A stretch of DNA of 61,254 nt, the filler included, from Chloroflexota bacterium (lineage in GTDB: Bacteria > Chloroflexota > Chloroflexia > QHBQ01): the NCBI GenBank assembly GCA_043754535.1. It is 6 parts of 6 records of this genome, joined end to end, with 100 filler letters (N's around TTAATTAATTAA, not from the genome) between each part and the next. Parts side by side here need not be neighbours in the genome. Positions count along the whole stretch, not along the records: positions 19,953 to 31,563 come from JAYUUN010000074.1; positions 31,664 to 35,405 come from JAYUUN010000075.1; positions 35,506 to 46,547 come from JAYUUN010000077.1; 3 more parts are not named here. One strand, written 5' to 3'. The translations under genes were made by a program, and so were the position numbers. Below are positions 28,341-38,007 of this stretch, piece after piece (positions within the stretch are counted from its first letter, which is position 1; each line of letters starts with the position of its first letter). Below the pieces are notes generated by a model. It made no database searches and had not been told where the DNA came from. It saw only the letters and a list, made by a program, of their open reading frames with translations.

Positions 28341-28400
28341 TGCACCGCCTCCCTTTTATCAACTGGCAACCGTCACCATCTTACGCCCAAGCCGCACCCT

Positions 28401-31400
28401 GTGTCAACGCCCGTGCAGCGGTTGGCTAGCCCCTATGTTGACCCCCAACTGCCCAGCCTGATCCTCAACAGCAAGGTTGCGCCTGACCTTATCGGGGTTG
28501 GTGAGACCTTCACGGTCACGGTAGTCATCTTCAACCAGGCCCGCTACAACGCCAGCAACACGGTAGTCACAATGGCCGTACCAAGCGGCACCCTATCCTT
28601 GCCCACGACGCAGCAGACCATCACCTGGCGGCCAGGGCTAATCGCAGGCGGCAGTGCCATCACCCTGACCGCCAGCTTGCGCCTGGTATCTGGCACGCTG
28701 GACGCTGTGCTGTTCCGGCCCAGCGTGCTGGCTGATGGCCTGACCACGCCGCTGGTGGCTCAAGCGGGCGCACTAGTCGAGAACCGCACGATGCAGCCAG
28801 CTACCGCCGCCTTCATCCCTGGGCGGGCCGCTATGCTGCGCAGCGTCGATCAGCACCTCAGCGTAGCTCTGCCCGCTGGGGTCTCCAACCGTAACCTCAA
28901 CCTGCGCCACACCTATACCACTGGCACCGTAGGCTTGGCTAACTCCCGACGTGGCTTGGGCGGCTTCTCCCTGGATGCCACTAATGACCAGGGGCAGCCA
29001 GTCCACCAGTTCAGTCAGCCTGTAACGATCACCTACCACTACTCGCTAACCCAGCTTGACGCGCTCGGCATTCTACCTGACGACCTGACCCTCTACTGGC
29101 ACGAGCCGCAGAGTGGGCAGTGGCAGGCAATCCCCACGACCGTAGATCAGGCTGCTGGTACTGCAACGGCGCAAGTGAATCACTTCAGCAACTTTAGCTT
29201 CGGTGATAATTCGACAGTCTCAACCGACTTCATCCCCAGCCTGCAAAGCTGGCAGACCAACCTTTACACTGGAGCGGCTAGCTATTCCTACCCCATCGAG
29301 GTACCAGCGGGGCCAACAGGGATCAAGCCTGACCTTGCCCTGAGCTACAACAGCTCCGCGACCGATGGTAAAGGTGGGCAGCGGCAGCAGTTGCAATCTA
29401 ACTGGGTGGGACGCGGCTGGAGTCTGGATACTGGCTCCGTCAACCTGAACATCCAGCACCAGGAAGGTGGCAATGCAGTCGGCTACTACAGCCTGGCCTT
29501 CAACGGACGCTCCTTTGATGTGGTGCGGGGTGCTTGTATTACGGCTGGTGACTGCAACAATACCGATGTTACCAAGTGGTACTGGACTAGTACCGACGAG
29601 TCCTTCGTCAAGGTGCGGGTGGTCAACAATGGGCTATCTTACCCGGGTAGAGGTGGAAGCTACTTTGTGCCTCCTGGTTCTGGAGACACCGTTTTCATCA
29701 ACCGGACTAAGTGGCAGGTGTGGGCGAAAGATGGTACCTACTTTGAGTTCGCTGAGGATCTCTGGTGGGGCTGGGACTGCTCAGTTGGTAGCAGCATTTC
29801 CGATGACTTCCTGCAGACTTACAAGTGGAATCTGTCCCTGGTGCGCGACACCCACGGCAATGGCATCACATACCAATACGGGCGTAAGACGGAACCAGTA
29901 TCAACCCCTGTTGGCTGCAACCGCATCGCTAGTGGTACGGTGGACAATGATAGCTGGCCCTCAAGCGTAACTTGGGGTGGCAACACCAACGCTGGTAATA
30001 GCGACCGTTACCGGGTCGTCTTCGACTCCACTGATCGTACCCTCGACCAGTTCAACGAGCATGCGTCAGGTGTCCTCGGCAGAGGCACGCGCCAGAGTCA
30101 GCAGCTTAACGATGTTCGGGTAGAGAGCTACGTCAACACTTCCTGGCAGCTCATGCATCAGTACAACCTTAGCTATACGAGCGAGTTGTTCTCCGATGCA
30201 AGCAAGGGTACCTGTATCGACCCTAACAACTGCGACCCCCGCAACATCAATGATTATTACTATGCCCCCTTCATCGACACCGCCAAGTTGACCCTCAAGC
30301 AGATCGAGCGCACCGACAAGAATGCTGGGATTGGCCTTGGTGTTCCTAGCTACTCTCTGCCGCCAATGGTTTTCGCCTACAATTCTGGCACCGTGGCGCG
30401 TGGCACTGGCTACTACCCTAACCCCGGCTGGAATCGCTTGCAGAGTACCAGCAATGGCTACGGTGGCACCGTTAGCTTTATCTATGAGAACATCGGCAAA
30501 GTAGTCTCAGATACTATTGGCACTAACAACGGTGATGCCAGGAAGTTCCGCAACAACCTGCGGATTCAGTACCAGAGCCTGAACGATGGCATGACTGGCA
30601 TCGTCAACGATGGCGCGGCCCACGTCTATACCACCACCTATAGCTACAGCAATCCCGCCTACAATACGTCATCAGACCCACTAGCTGGTGGTTATCCCAA
30701 CTCAGACCGCCTGCTACTCAGCAGCAAGTTTGGCCTGTCAGACTACCTGGTTAGGCCAGAGAACACCGAGTTCCGTGGTCACAGCAAGGTAGTGATGACC
30801 GACACGCGCGGCTACCAGAGCGAACACTACTTCTACCAGGGTAACGCTGGTTGTAGCCCAGCAGTAATCACCAATACGCTGCCGACCACGGATGCCTGCT
30901 TCATCGAGATGCGGCGGCAGGAGTTCAACCTGGGCCGCGAGTACCACACGATCACGCGTGGTGCAAACGCGGCCAGCAACCCGCTAAGCGAGTCCTACAG
31001 CGACTACGCCCTCGCCTTCTACGATTATGGCGGCTACCATCTCGAACTGGGTAGCGACTACATCACCGGCACCAGCGGACTGTGGCACGGCTTCAGCTAC
31101 ATGACGCAGACGCGGGAGATCACCTATGACCCCGCTAACCCCGCCGCCTACCGCAGCAAGAAGACGCAGTACGACTATGCCACTGCCCTCAACCAGTATG
31201 GCAATATGACCGAGATGCGTGAGTACGATGCCAAACCCGGTGGCGACGAGCTGCTGCGGAAAGTCAGTTATGCCTACGCCAGCCGAGACGACTTCGCCAG
31301 CAACCCCACTGCCGCAACTGGCACCTACATCGTTGACCGCCGTACCCAGGAGTTTATCCGCGGTGGGCAGGGGAACTACCTGGCGGGCAGCCTCTATGCC

Positions 31401-31563
31401 TACGATGGTGACCTCTACAACCTGGGTACGAAGGGCGAGTTGAGCAAGGTCTTCAAGTTTGCTAACCTGAGCGGCACTGCTATCAACCCTGCTACTTACA
31501 CTGGCACCGACAGCAGCTTCGCCTACGACACCTTCGGCAATATGGTGCGTACCACTAGCTACA
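28401..31563 (+). CDS. RHS/YD-repeat protein with DUF11-like, Ig/ZU5-like and SpvB/TcdB-N-like regions (3' truncated)
   Basis: KVAPDLIGVGETFTVTV; VNHFSNF; TGAASYSYPIEVPAG..IKPDLALSYNS; VGRGWSL; WNLSLVRDTHGNGITYQY; EFRGH; YDTFGN. Confidence 0.8.
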
Positions 31564-31663
31564 NNNNNNNNNNNNNNNNNNNNNNNNNNNNNNNNNNNNN
31601 NNNNNNNTTAATTAATTAANNNNNNNNNNNNNNNNNNNNNNNNNNNNNNNNNNNNNNNNNNNN
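31564..31663. other. Artificial contig-join spacer
   Basis: N44-TTAATTAATTAA-N44. Confidence 0.98.
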
Positions 31664-32041
31664 CCGCGCCAGATGGAGCGCGTTCCGGCGGGCGCACGCT
31701 TCCGCTTCAATATTGCCTATAGCGTGCTAACGCGAGCGGATGCTGACAACTTCATCGTCGTGCTGGAAGGCTTGCGCCTGCTCGAAGATGACTATCTTGG
31801 CGGCCTCGGTTCGCGTGGTTCGGGGCAGGTGGCGTTCACCAACCTACGGCTTAACTGGCGTTCACGTAAGTTCTACGAGGGTGTTGTGGTGGAGAATGAC
31901 ATTGTTGAGGCGCAGAAGCTCTGGCCGCCTGCTGACACCAACCTAAAGCGTAAGCTACCGCGCCTCTCTGACTTGACTAGTGAGCGTTTGAGCAAGGTAG
32001 TTGCATACATTAACGATCAGATCAAGGCCGAACACCCATGA
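31664..32041 (+). CDS. csm3: Type III-A CRISPR RAMP Csm3, C-terminal part
   Basis: PRQMERVPAGARF...GLRLLEDDYLGGLGSRGSGQVAF Gly-rich loop; ATGA overlap with csm4. Confidence 0.9.
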   Translation, partial: PRQMERVPAGARFRFNIAYSVLTRADADNFIVVLEGLRLLEDDYLGGLGSRGSGQVAFTNLRLNWRSRKFYEGVVVENDIVEAQKLWPPADTNLKRKLPRLSDLTSERLSKVVAYINDQIKAEHP

Positions 32042-33309
32042 CCCTGCAACTGGTACGCCTCAAGCTACAAACCCCCTTCCACGTCGGTGAGCGTGGCGTT
32101 GGCCTCGAAGGGGCGACGGCTGCTATTCAGGCTGACACGCTGTTCGGCGCGATCTGCCATGCCTGGCGGCGGCTGTTCGGCCTGCACGACAGCAAGTATG
32201 GGATAGGCCTACAAAACTGGCTGAACAGTTTCCCCCGACTGATGATGGGTAAGGAGGCCGTGGAAGGGGGCGAGTCGGCCAACTATTTCGAAGGTGAGGG
32301 CGCGCCACCGCTGTGTCTCAGTTCGCTGTTCCCCTATGTGCGGCTGGTGGATGGCAGCAGCGTCTACACCCTGCCACTGCCGCTCGGCTTCGACTATGAG
32401 GGCGATGTCAAGAAGCTGAAGAAGATAGCCTGTGCCAGCTTTAGCCAGTTCCGACCGGCTGCGGCTAGCTGGCCGTTGCTCAACGTCAGCGACCCTGCCA
32501 CGATCCAGGATGGTACAATCTGGTTGAGTGCGGAGGAGCGCAGTAATCTGCCGCCCAGCACGAGCGAGGCCGAGCAACTGGGCGGCAACCAGCGCAGCCT
32601 CCCGCTCTGGCAGCTTGACAAGCAAGAGGTGCGGCGGTCGCTCTACGATAATATGGCAGTGCCGCACGTGACGATTGACCGCCAGACCACTGCCCCGGCT
32701 CTTTATCATGTCGGTAGTGTGCGCTATGCCGAGCAGACCGGCCTTTACTTCATCGCCGAGGTGATGGATGACACGCTAGTGCAGTTCCAGCAAGCGGTGC
32801 GGTTGGTAGGCGACACCGGGCTGGGCGGCAGGCGCACGTCGGGGCATGGGCTGTTCACGCCGACCTTCTTTGGGGCGGAGGGCAAAGCTGATCGTGGCCG
32901 TCGCCCTAAACCAACTGATCCCGTTGTTGTCGAGCAAGATGGCAACGCTGCGCTGCTGCTGAAGCTAGTTGAGGCGGGGCAGCGTGGTGACGGCGGTCGC
33001 TGGCTCAACCTCGGCTTGGTTGCGCCGCGCAGTGCGATGGAGCTTGGCGACTTGCTGAAGGACATAACTACTGACCGGCCACCGGCCTACCGGCTGCTGC
33101 AACGACGCGGCTGGGTGGACTCGGATAGCGGCGAGATGAGCGTGCTGCGTAGCCGGGCGGTGACGCTGTTCAGCCCCGGCTCGGTACTGGCTAGCCGACC
33201 GCAGGGCGCGTTGGTCGAGGTCACGCCGCAAGGGGCAGAGGGGAAGGCTGGCTCTCACCCTGTTTATCGGTTTGGTTGTGGGTTGAGTGTGAGCCTTAAT
33301 TTGCCTTAA
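32038..33309 (+). CDS. csm4: Type III-A CRISPR RAMP Csm4 (Cas5 group)
   Basis: FHVGERG, ADTLFGAI, LSSLFPY, PHVTIDR, GLYF, GDTGLGGRRTSGHGLF, RRGWV, PGSV and HPVYRFG. Confidence 0.9.
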   Translation: MTLQLVRLKLQTPFHVGERGVGLEGATAAIQADTLFGAICHAWRRLFGLHDSKYGIGLQNWLNSFPRLMMGKEAVEGGESANYFEGEGAPPLCLSSLFPYVRLVDGSSVYTLPLPLGFDYEGDVKKLKKIACASFSQFRPAAASWPLLNVSDPATIQDGTIWLSAEERSNLPPSTSEAEQLGGNQRSLPLWQLDKQEVRRSLYDNMAVPHVTIDRQTTAPALYHVGSVRYAEQTGLYFIAEVMDDTLVQFQQAVRLVGDTGLGGRRTSGHGLFTPTFFGAEGKADRGRRPKPTDPVVVEQDGNAALLLKLVEAGQRGDGGRWLNLGLVAPRSAMELGDLLKDITTDRPPAYRLLQRRGWVDSDSGEMSVLRSRAVTLFSPGSVLASRPQGALVEVTPQGAEGKAGSHPVYRFGCGLSVSLNLP

Positions 33310-33320
33310 GGAGAAGCGCA

Positions 33321-34064
33321 ATGAACGAGCAAGACTACTTCGAGGAAGACGCAGACGACGACTCATACGACCCAGAGGACTTTCAATGTCCTTTCTGCGC
33401 TTCTTTTGGTATGCCTATTGGGTTGGCTCTAACTGGTCAGACTGATGGGAGTGCTGCTCCCTACGGTCTTAGTATTCTTCAGTGTCCCAGATCAAAGAAA
33501 TGCGGTAAAATATCCATCTGGGAGGGCTACAAGGTATTGTACCCACCAACAGGTGGACACCCCTTTGCGGAGCGTAGTATGCCGAAATCCGTCAAGAAAT
33601 ATTATGAAGAAGCACGTAGGGTGGCTACTGCATCTCCACGTGCTGCTGCGGCACTTCTTAGACTAGCTATGGAGGAGTTGTTTAGGTACTTTGCTGGGCT
33701 AGAACGTTACAGACAATGTGAACTACACTCTGAAGGTGTGGGTACCTTGAAACATAACATCAGCCAAATGAGCCGTCACGGACATATTGATGAAGAAACT
33801 CGGAAGAAGCTAGACTACGTTAAGCTTACTGGTGACTACGGAGTGCATGGTATGCCGATAGTCTTTTTGGAGGATAACGAATCTACAACTCATCTACTGT
33901 TCAGGCAGGTTAATAAGATTGTAAGGAAATTGATTGCAGAGCCACAAGAAGAAGAAGCAAGCGAGCGTAAAGTTCAAAGTCTACAGCGTGCAGTTAATAC
34001 AGCCGCCAAGCAAGCAGAGCAAAGCTCTAACTTGGTAGAGGATGTGAACAATGACAACAACTAA
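33321..34064 (+). CDS. DUF4145 (HEPN-superfamily) protein with N-terminal Zn ribbon
   Basis: FQCPFC...CPRSKKCGKISIW...LYP...MP..VKKYYEEA...SPRAAAALLRLAMEEL...LDYVKLTGDYGVH...LFRQVNKI. AAGGAG SD overlaps the csm4 stop. Confidence 0.82.
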   Translation: MNEQDYFEEDADDDSYDPEDFQCPFCASFGMPIGLALTGQTDGSAAPYGLSILQCPRSKKCGKISIWEGYKVLYPPTGGHPFAERSMPKSVKKYYEEARRVATASPRAAAALLRLAMEELFRYFAGLERYRQCELHSEGVGTLKHNISQMSRHGHIDEETRKKLDYVKLTGDYGVHGMPIVFLEDNESTTHLLFRQVNKIVRKLIAEPQEEEASERKVQSLQRAVNTAAKQAEQSSNLVEDVNNDNN

Positions 34065-35405
34065 CTACCGGCTTGAAATCCTGACCCCCACCCATGTCGG
34101 CAGTGGCGACAGCTATATGTGGCTGGACTACGTGTATGAGGGCGGCAAGCTGTATGTGCTGGATATTGGCCGGGTTAGTCAGGCACTTACCCGCAGCGGG
34201 GTGATCAGCGTCGGCGAGCTGGTCGAGTGGATGAAGGACGCTACCTTTAGCTGGAACCGGCTATTGCAGCAGGCCGGGGTTGCAGCGGCTAGCGTGGCCG
34301 ACTACGCCATTCCAGCAGCAGGCGACCCGGCAGTTGATAGCACGGGTAGGCGGGGGCAGCGTGGCGGTGAGGTGCGGGTCATTGCCCGTAACGCTAACCG
34401 CCAGCCTTACATACCGGGGAGCAGCATCAAGGGGGCAATCCGTTCGGCGGTGGTAGCGCGGCTGTTGCCGGGGGTAAGCAACAACGAGCTTGGCGGCAAG
34501 GTTGGCCGAGGTCGCAAGGAGTTCGCTGCTGGGCAGCTTGAGCAAACGCTGCTGGGTAGAGACCCTAACCACGACCTGTTCCGCGCCTTGCAGGTTAGCG
34601 ACAGCGACCCCTTTGCGCTGGATGATGTACGAGTGGTCGAGGTTAGGCGGGGACGCAACTTCGATGGCACAGGCGGGATGTTGACCTTTGTCGAGGTGCT
34701 GCGGGCAGGGGCGGCGACGGTGGTCAAGCTGCGGGTGGATGATGGCTTGTTGGAGGCGCACTTCCGCACGCTGGGTTGGAGCAGCCAGCAGGTAGCTATC
34801 CTGCGCGACGAACTGGCAGCGGCCTGTCGGGAGTTCAGCGCGACGGTGGTGCAGGAGCAGCGCAAGTTTTACCGCCCAAACTGGCAGGAGAGTGAGGACG
34901 CGGCCAGCTTCAGTCTGCTGCTGGGCTGGGGTGGTGGCTGGGCGGGCAAGGCTCCAATAGGTGTACGGCTGAAGGGGCAGATGCCGGACTTCTTCGAGCA
35001 GACGGCCAACTATTTGCAGATGGGCAAGCGCGAGGTGGTGATTAGCGCGGACACCTTCCCGACCAGCCATTGGATGGCGCGGGAGGGCAGTCAGGAGTTG
35101 CCACTGGGCTGGGTGCGGCTGACCCCAACCGATGCGGTGGTAGCTTTGCCGCGCTTGCAGCCGGTGCAGGTGAGAAATGTCGAAGTCAAGCTACTGCCGC
35201 GTGCGGTAGTGCAGCAGTCGTTGCCGCCGCGTGGCGACCGCCGCGACGCTCCTGTTCGCAGCAACCAGTTTGTGCCAGCCGAGCGACCACAACGCCAGGG
35301 CGGAGCGCAACGCATCACGAGCGAGGCTGAGATTGTGCGCGGGCGGCTGGTGGTTGGCACGGTGGTTGAGGTCAAGCCAAACATGGTACGGGTCGAACTC
35401 TACCC
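34051..35405 (+). CDS. csm5: Type III-A CRISPR RAMP Csm5 with probable C-terminal S1-like domain (3' truncated)
   Basis: LEILTPTHVGSG, PYIPGSSIKGAIRSA, DPNHDLFRALQVSDS, LGWGGGW, FP and PLGWV; tail GRLVVGTVVEVKPNMVRVEL. Confidence 0.88.
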
Positions 35406-35505
35406 NNNNNNNNNNNNNNNNNNNNNNNNNNNNNNNNNNNNNNNNNNNNTTAATTAATTAANNNNNNNNNNNNNNNNNNNNNNNNNNNNNNNNNNNNNNN
35501 NNNNN
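35406..35505. other. Artificial contig-join spacer
   Basis: N44-TTAATTAATTAA-N44. Confidence 0.98.
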
Positions 35506-36274
35506 TGAGACCCTGGCCGCCCGCAATATCATCAACGGGGCAGCCTGTGTCGCCCCCCAGGTCGGCCAGTGCTTCCGCCCGAACGACAACATCCGCCGCG
35601 GTGAACTGAGCAAGGTCGTGCGTCGCGCTATCGAGAGCGTCGGCCCCGGCAACCGCTCCTACGTACGGGCAATCCATGCCTCCAGCAACGCCCCAGCCAG
35701 CGTGGATGTCAAGGTTGATGGCGCAGTTGCCGTCGGCAGCCTCCCCTACACTACTACCCTCGCCGCCGTTAGCTCCTTCCTCTCCGTCTCTACTGGTAAC
35801 CACCTGGTGCAAGTGACGGCAGCAGGCGGCTCGGCAGCGGCTATCTCGGCCACCCTCAGCCTCACCAGCGGGGTCAACTACAGCATCTACGCCATCAACG
35901 GCGTGAGCGGCACTGTTGCCGCCCTGGTGCTGACCGACGACCTCAGCGTATCTGCTACCGGCCAGGCCCGCATCCGCGCAGTACACGCTGGCACCGGCGC
36001 ACCGAACGTGGACATTCGTGCCAACGGTGCTTTGGTCTTCGGCAACCTCGCCTATGGCAATGCCAGCGGCTATGTCATCGTGCCAGCTGGCAGCTACACC
36101 CTGACCGTTTCGGCGGCAGGGACGACCACGCCAGTACTGACCATCCCCAACTACAACATCCAGACCGGCAAGGTTTACACCTTCCTGGCCCAGGGTGTCT
36201 TCGGCGGCACCCCCGCCCTCACCGTGCTGCCCATCGTGGACAGCGTGCAGACAGAACTCCGCCACGAGCAGTAG
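35506..36274 (+). CDS. SLH plus tandem DUF4397 domain protein (5' truncated)
   Basis: Frame is open from 35507: ETLAARNIINGAACVAPQVGQCFRPNDNIRRGELSKVVRRAIES, then VRAIHASSNAPASVDV and IRAVHAGTGAPNVDI repeats. Confidence 0.82.
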
Positions 36275-36293
36275 ACTGCACTAGTGGTTCAGC

Positions 36294-36328
36294 AGCCCCC
36301 TCCCCTGCAAAGTGGAGGGGGCTTTCTT
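36294..36328 (+). terminator. Rho-independent terminator
   Basis: AGCCCCCTCC / GGAGGGGGCT stem followed by TTCTT. Confidence 0.75.
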
Positions 36329-36412
36329 GTGCCAGCATATTGACTAACCAGACATAATGTTGTAACATAAAGGGGGAAGTTCGCGGCTCACGCGTCACAA
36401 GGGGAGTAGCCA

Positions 36413-37834
36413 ATGAGTACGATGCAAACCGAGGAGCTAGACCGGGCGATCCGCCGTTCGCACGTCGGTGACCTGCGCCCCAACGAGCGGGTGATCCTGG
36501 AGCGGCGGCGGCACCCATTGTGGATCGTGCAGCACGGTTGGCCCGCGATCCTGTTCTTCCTCGCCAGCCTGATCGCCACGCTTGCCTTGTTCCTCAGCAG
36601 TGCTGGAGGGCCACCCAGTAGCTACCTGGTGATCGGCGTGGGCGTAGCAGTGCTGATCGGCACCCTGGCAACCGCCTGGTACATCCTCGACTGGACCAAC
36701 GACTTCTTCATCCTCACCAACCAGCGGGTGATCTTCCTCGACAAAACTATTGGGGTGCATGAGACGCGCAGTGAAGCTCCCCTCAATAAGGTACATAACG
36801 TCCGCTACGACATCCTCAGCCCCCTAGCCAGTAGCCTCAACTACGGCACGCTTTCGCTCGACACCGCAGGGGTGGGGGTACTGTCCTTCGACATGATTCC
36901 CCGGCCAAAGGAAGTGGAGCGGCTGATTATGGAGCAGCGCAAGGGGTTGACTGAGTCTGTCGGCCAAAGCCGCGGCGAACGACGGCGCAAGGTCTTGCAG
37001 AAGATCGTCCTCGGCCAACAAGACCCCACCGACCTGCCACCCTCCGCCCCCTACAGCCGCCCCCGCGAACGTGGCCTCGGCACCTTCAACCGCATCTTTC
37101 CCTTTACCCCCCAACAGCAGGGGGAGACAATCATCTGGCACCGCCACTGGGCCTTCCTTGTCAGCCATGAACTGCTGCCAATCGCTCTCTTTACCCTGCT
37201 TACCGTACTGCTCGTATTCTATCTGGGGGCGATAGCCGGATATGACCCCAACAGCTACCCACCGCCCAGCGGCTTCGTCGGCACGCTAGTGGGGGCGGGT
37301 GGGCTGGTCGCAGGGTTCTTCATCCTTGCCTACATCGTCGTCCTCTTTATCATCTGGTACCAATGGGAGGACTGGCGCAATGACCGCTACAGCCTGACCC
37401 ACGACCGGGTGATCGACATCGACAAGAAGCCGCTTGGCTTCCGCACCTCGGTCAAGGAGACGCTGTTCAACCGTATCACCGATGTTAGCTACAGCCTACC
37501 CTCCCCCTTCGCCATGATCTTCAACTATGGCACGGTGGAGATCAAAACCCCTGGCGAGGCAACCGTCTTCTCCTTCAACGATGTGCCGAACCCACGTGGG
37601 GTGCAGCAGGAGATCATGACTCGCCTGGAGAAGCACCGTACCCGCGAACAAGCCTCCTGGGACAACGACATTGTGGACTGGCTGAACGTCTATCATGAAG
37701 TGCTGAACCGCTCTAATCGCCCCTCTGTGCCAGAGTTGCCAACTACCCGCGCCAACCCTGCTCTACCACGGCCAAGTAGCAGCGAGCCACGCCTGACCAC
37801 ACCCGCAGCACGGGGCCGCGACGACGCATATTGA
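36413..37834 (+). CDS. Membrane protein with two bacterial PH (bPH_2-like) domains
   Basis: Duplicated unit: RRHPL/HRHW, two TMs, DWTNDFFILTNQRVI / DWRNDRYSLTHDRVI, NYGT, F..IPRP / F..VPNP. Confidence 0.78.
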   Translation: MSTMQTEELDRAIRRSHVGDLRPNERVILERRRHPLWIVQHGWPAILFFLASLIATLALFLSSAGGPPSSYLVIGVGVAVLIGTLATAWYILDWTNDFFILTNQRVIFLDKTIGVHETRSEAPLNKVHNVRYDILSPLASSLNYGTLSLDTAGVGVLSFDMIPRPKEVERLIMEQRKGLTESVGQSRGERRRKVLQKIVLGQQDPTDLPPSAPYSRPRERGLGTFNRIFPFTPQQQGETIIWHRHWAFLVSHELLPIALFTLLTVLLVFYLGAIAGYDPNSYPPPSGFVGTLVGAGGLVAGFFILAYIVVLFIIWYQWEDWRNDRYSLTHDRVIDIDKKPLGFRTSVKETLFNRITDVSYSLPSPFAMIFNYGTVEIKTPGEATVFSFNDVPNPRGVQQEIMTRLEKHRTREQASWDNDIVDWLNVYHEVLNRSNRPSVPELPTTRANPALPRPSSSEPRLTTPAARGRDDAY

Positions 37835-38007
37835 GCGGCCAGCAGAGAGTTGAAGTGGAGATAGGTGGCTGAGGGCGGCGCAAGTCGCTCTTTTTGCTGA
37901 CAACCACGATAACTCGCATAAACAGGTACTTGTATTTTAGGCTGAACTGTGTTATTCTATAAGCAGCGACTTATGCTGACTAGTTAGGTGGGCGTAGAGG
38001 GGGTGTG

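Noticed and set aside
31664..35405. CRISPR array, cas10, csm2, cas6 or csm6 near the csm genes
   Set aside because: None visible; the piece starts inside csm3 and ends inside csm5. I found no regularly spaced repeat-spacer pattern anywhere in the window.
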